Shown here one piece after another: positions 63,300-64,000 of a stretch of 64,000 bases of DNA. Origin of the DNA: Vicugna vicugna (Eukaryota); the NCBI GenBank assembly GCA_013265495.1, contig MU057981.1, positions 205,931 through 269,930 of the forward strand. Reading direction: 5' to 3'. Both the position numbers and the translations under genes were made by a program. How positions within the stretch are numbered: position 1 is the first letter of the stretch; the number at the start of each line of letters is the position of its first letter. The notes below the pieces were generated by a model. It saw only the letters and a list, made by a program, of their open reading frames with translations. It did not search any database and had not been told where the DNA came from.

Positions 63300-63915
63300 A
63301 CAAGTAAAAATATGTGGGGCATGAGAAGGGCTGTGTCCCAGGCTTTGGTTGAGCCCCTGGGATGTGCCCCGCCAGATGTTGCTCCTTGGCTTCATGCAGG
63401 AGAGAATTCAAGAGCAAACCAGTGTTGAGTAAAGGTAGATTTATTCAGAGAGATACTTTGAAAGGCAAGAGAAACGTCACGAGGTGTGGGGGTTTGATAC
63501 ACAGATTAAAAGGAGGTGCACAGTCCACAGAATCTGGGCCTTCTCCGAAGAGGGAGACAGGGGGTGACCGTGAGGCATCGCTGTGTTGCTGGTTTTCATG
63601 GGCTTGGTGGTTTCACATGCTAATAAGTAGAAGGACCAGCCTAAGGGCAAGGGGATGGAATTCCCAGGGAGTTGGCCATTTCCCACACTTTGACATTTTG
63701 TGGCTAGCCTTGGGACTGCCATGGTGCCTGGGGGCGTGTTATTCACCATGTTACTATTACAATGGGTGTATCCTGATGCTCAAGATCTGCTAGAAGTTAA
63801 ATATCTTCATCCTGAGCCTCAAGGCATATTGGGTGTTGAATGCTCCACCATTTTGATGTTAATTGCTGTGGCCTTCCTTGTATGGCTGTGCTCTGCCCCC
63901 TTCCATCCTGTCTCA
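63300..63915 (-). mobile_element. Probable solo LTR (fourth family), boundaries approximate
   Basis: aggagagaattcaagagc...gatttattcag (polyA signal on the minus strand)...ccatcctgtctca. Confidence 0.5.
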
Positions 63916-64000
63916 CTGTGATGACACAGAGAGAGCAAAGGCAGGGTTCTGCCTGTGCTCCTGCATTTAACAGGGAGAGGGGTGGGCTGGGCTGAGGATG

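Overview
Mammalian genomic DNA, probably camelid (tRNA-derived Vic-1-type SINEs), with three assembly gaps and no intact protein-coding gene. (1) The 5' end of a young LINE-1 on the minus strand (1-2009). (2) Two defective copies of one class I (gamma-like, HERV-E/ERV3-like gag) endogenous retrovirus family: ERV-A 2650-9052, with a tRNA-Thr PBS, and ERV-B 40853-45368. They share the same deletion of reverse transcriptase. (3) A CpG-island promoter (~15.9-16.7 kb) followed by an intron-containing, decayed copy of TRAPPC9 (exons 2, 3, 5, 6, 7 recognised between 20.8 and 57.3 kb). (4) Solo LTRs, MaLRs, old L1 fragments, SINEs and a (GCA)27 microsatellite. The standout observation is a 430-bp insert in ERV-A gag (5031-5460). 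It is a spliced, circularly permuted piece of ATXN7 containing an apparent back-splice junction. It enters and leaves at one ~11-bp microhomology shared by gag and ATXN7, and ERV-B shows the empty site. This looks like one full lap of a circular RNA (circATXN7) captured by a retrovirus. Gene identities come from my recall of the human proteins and need confirming by alignment.
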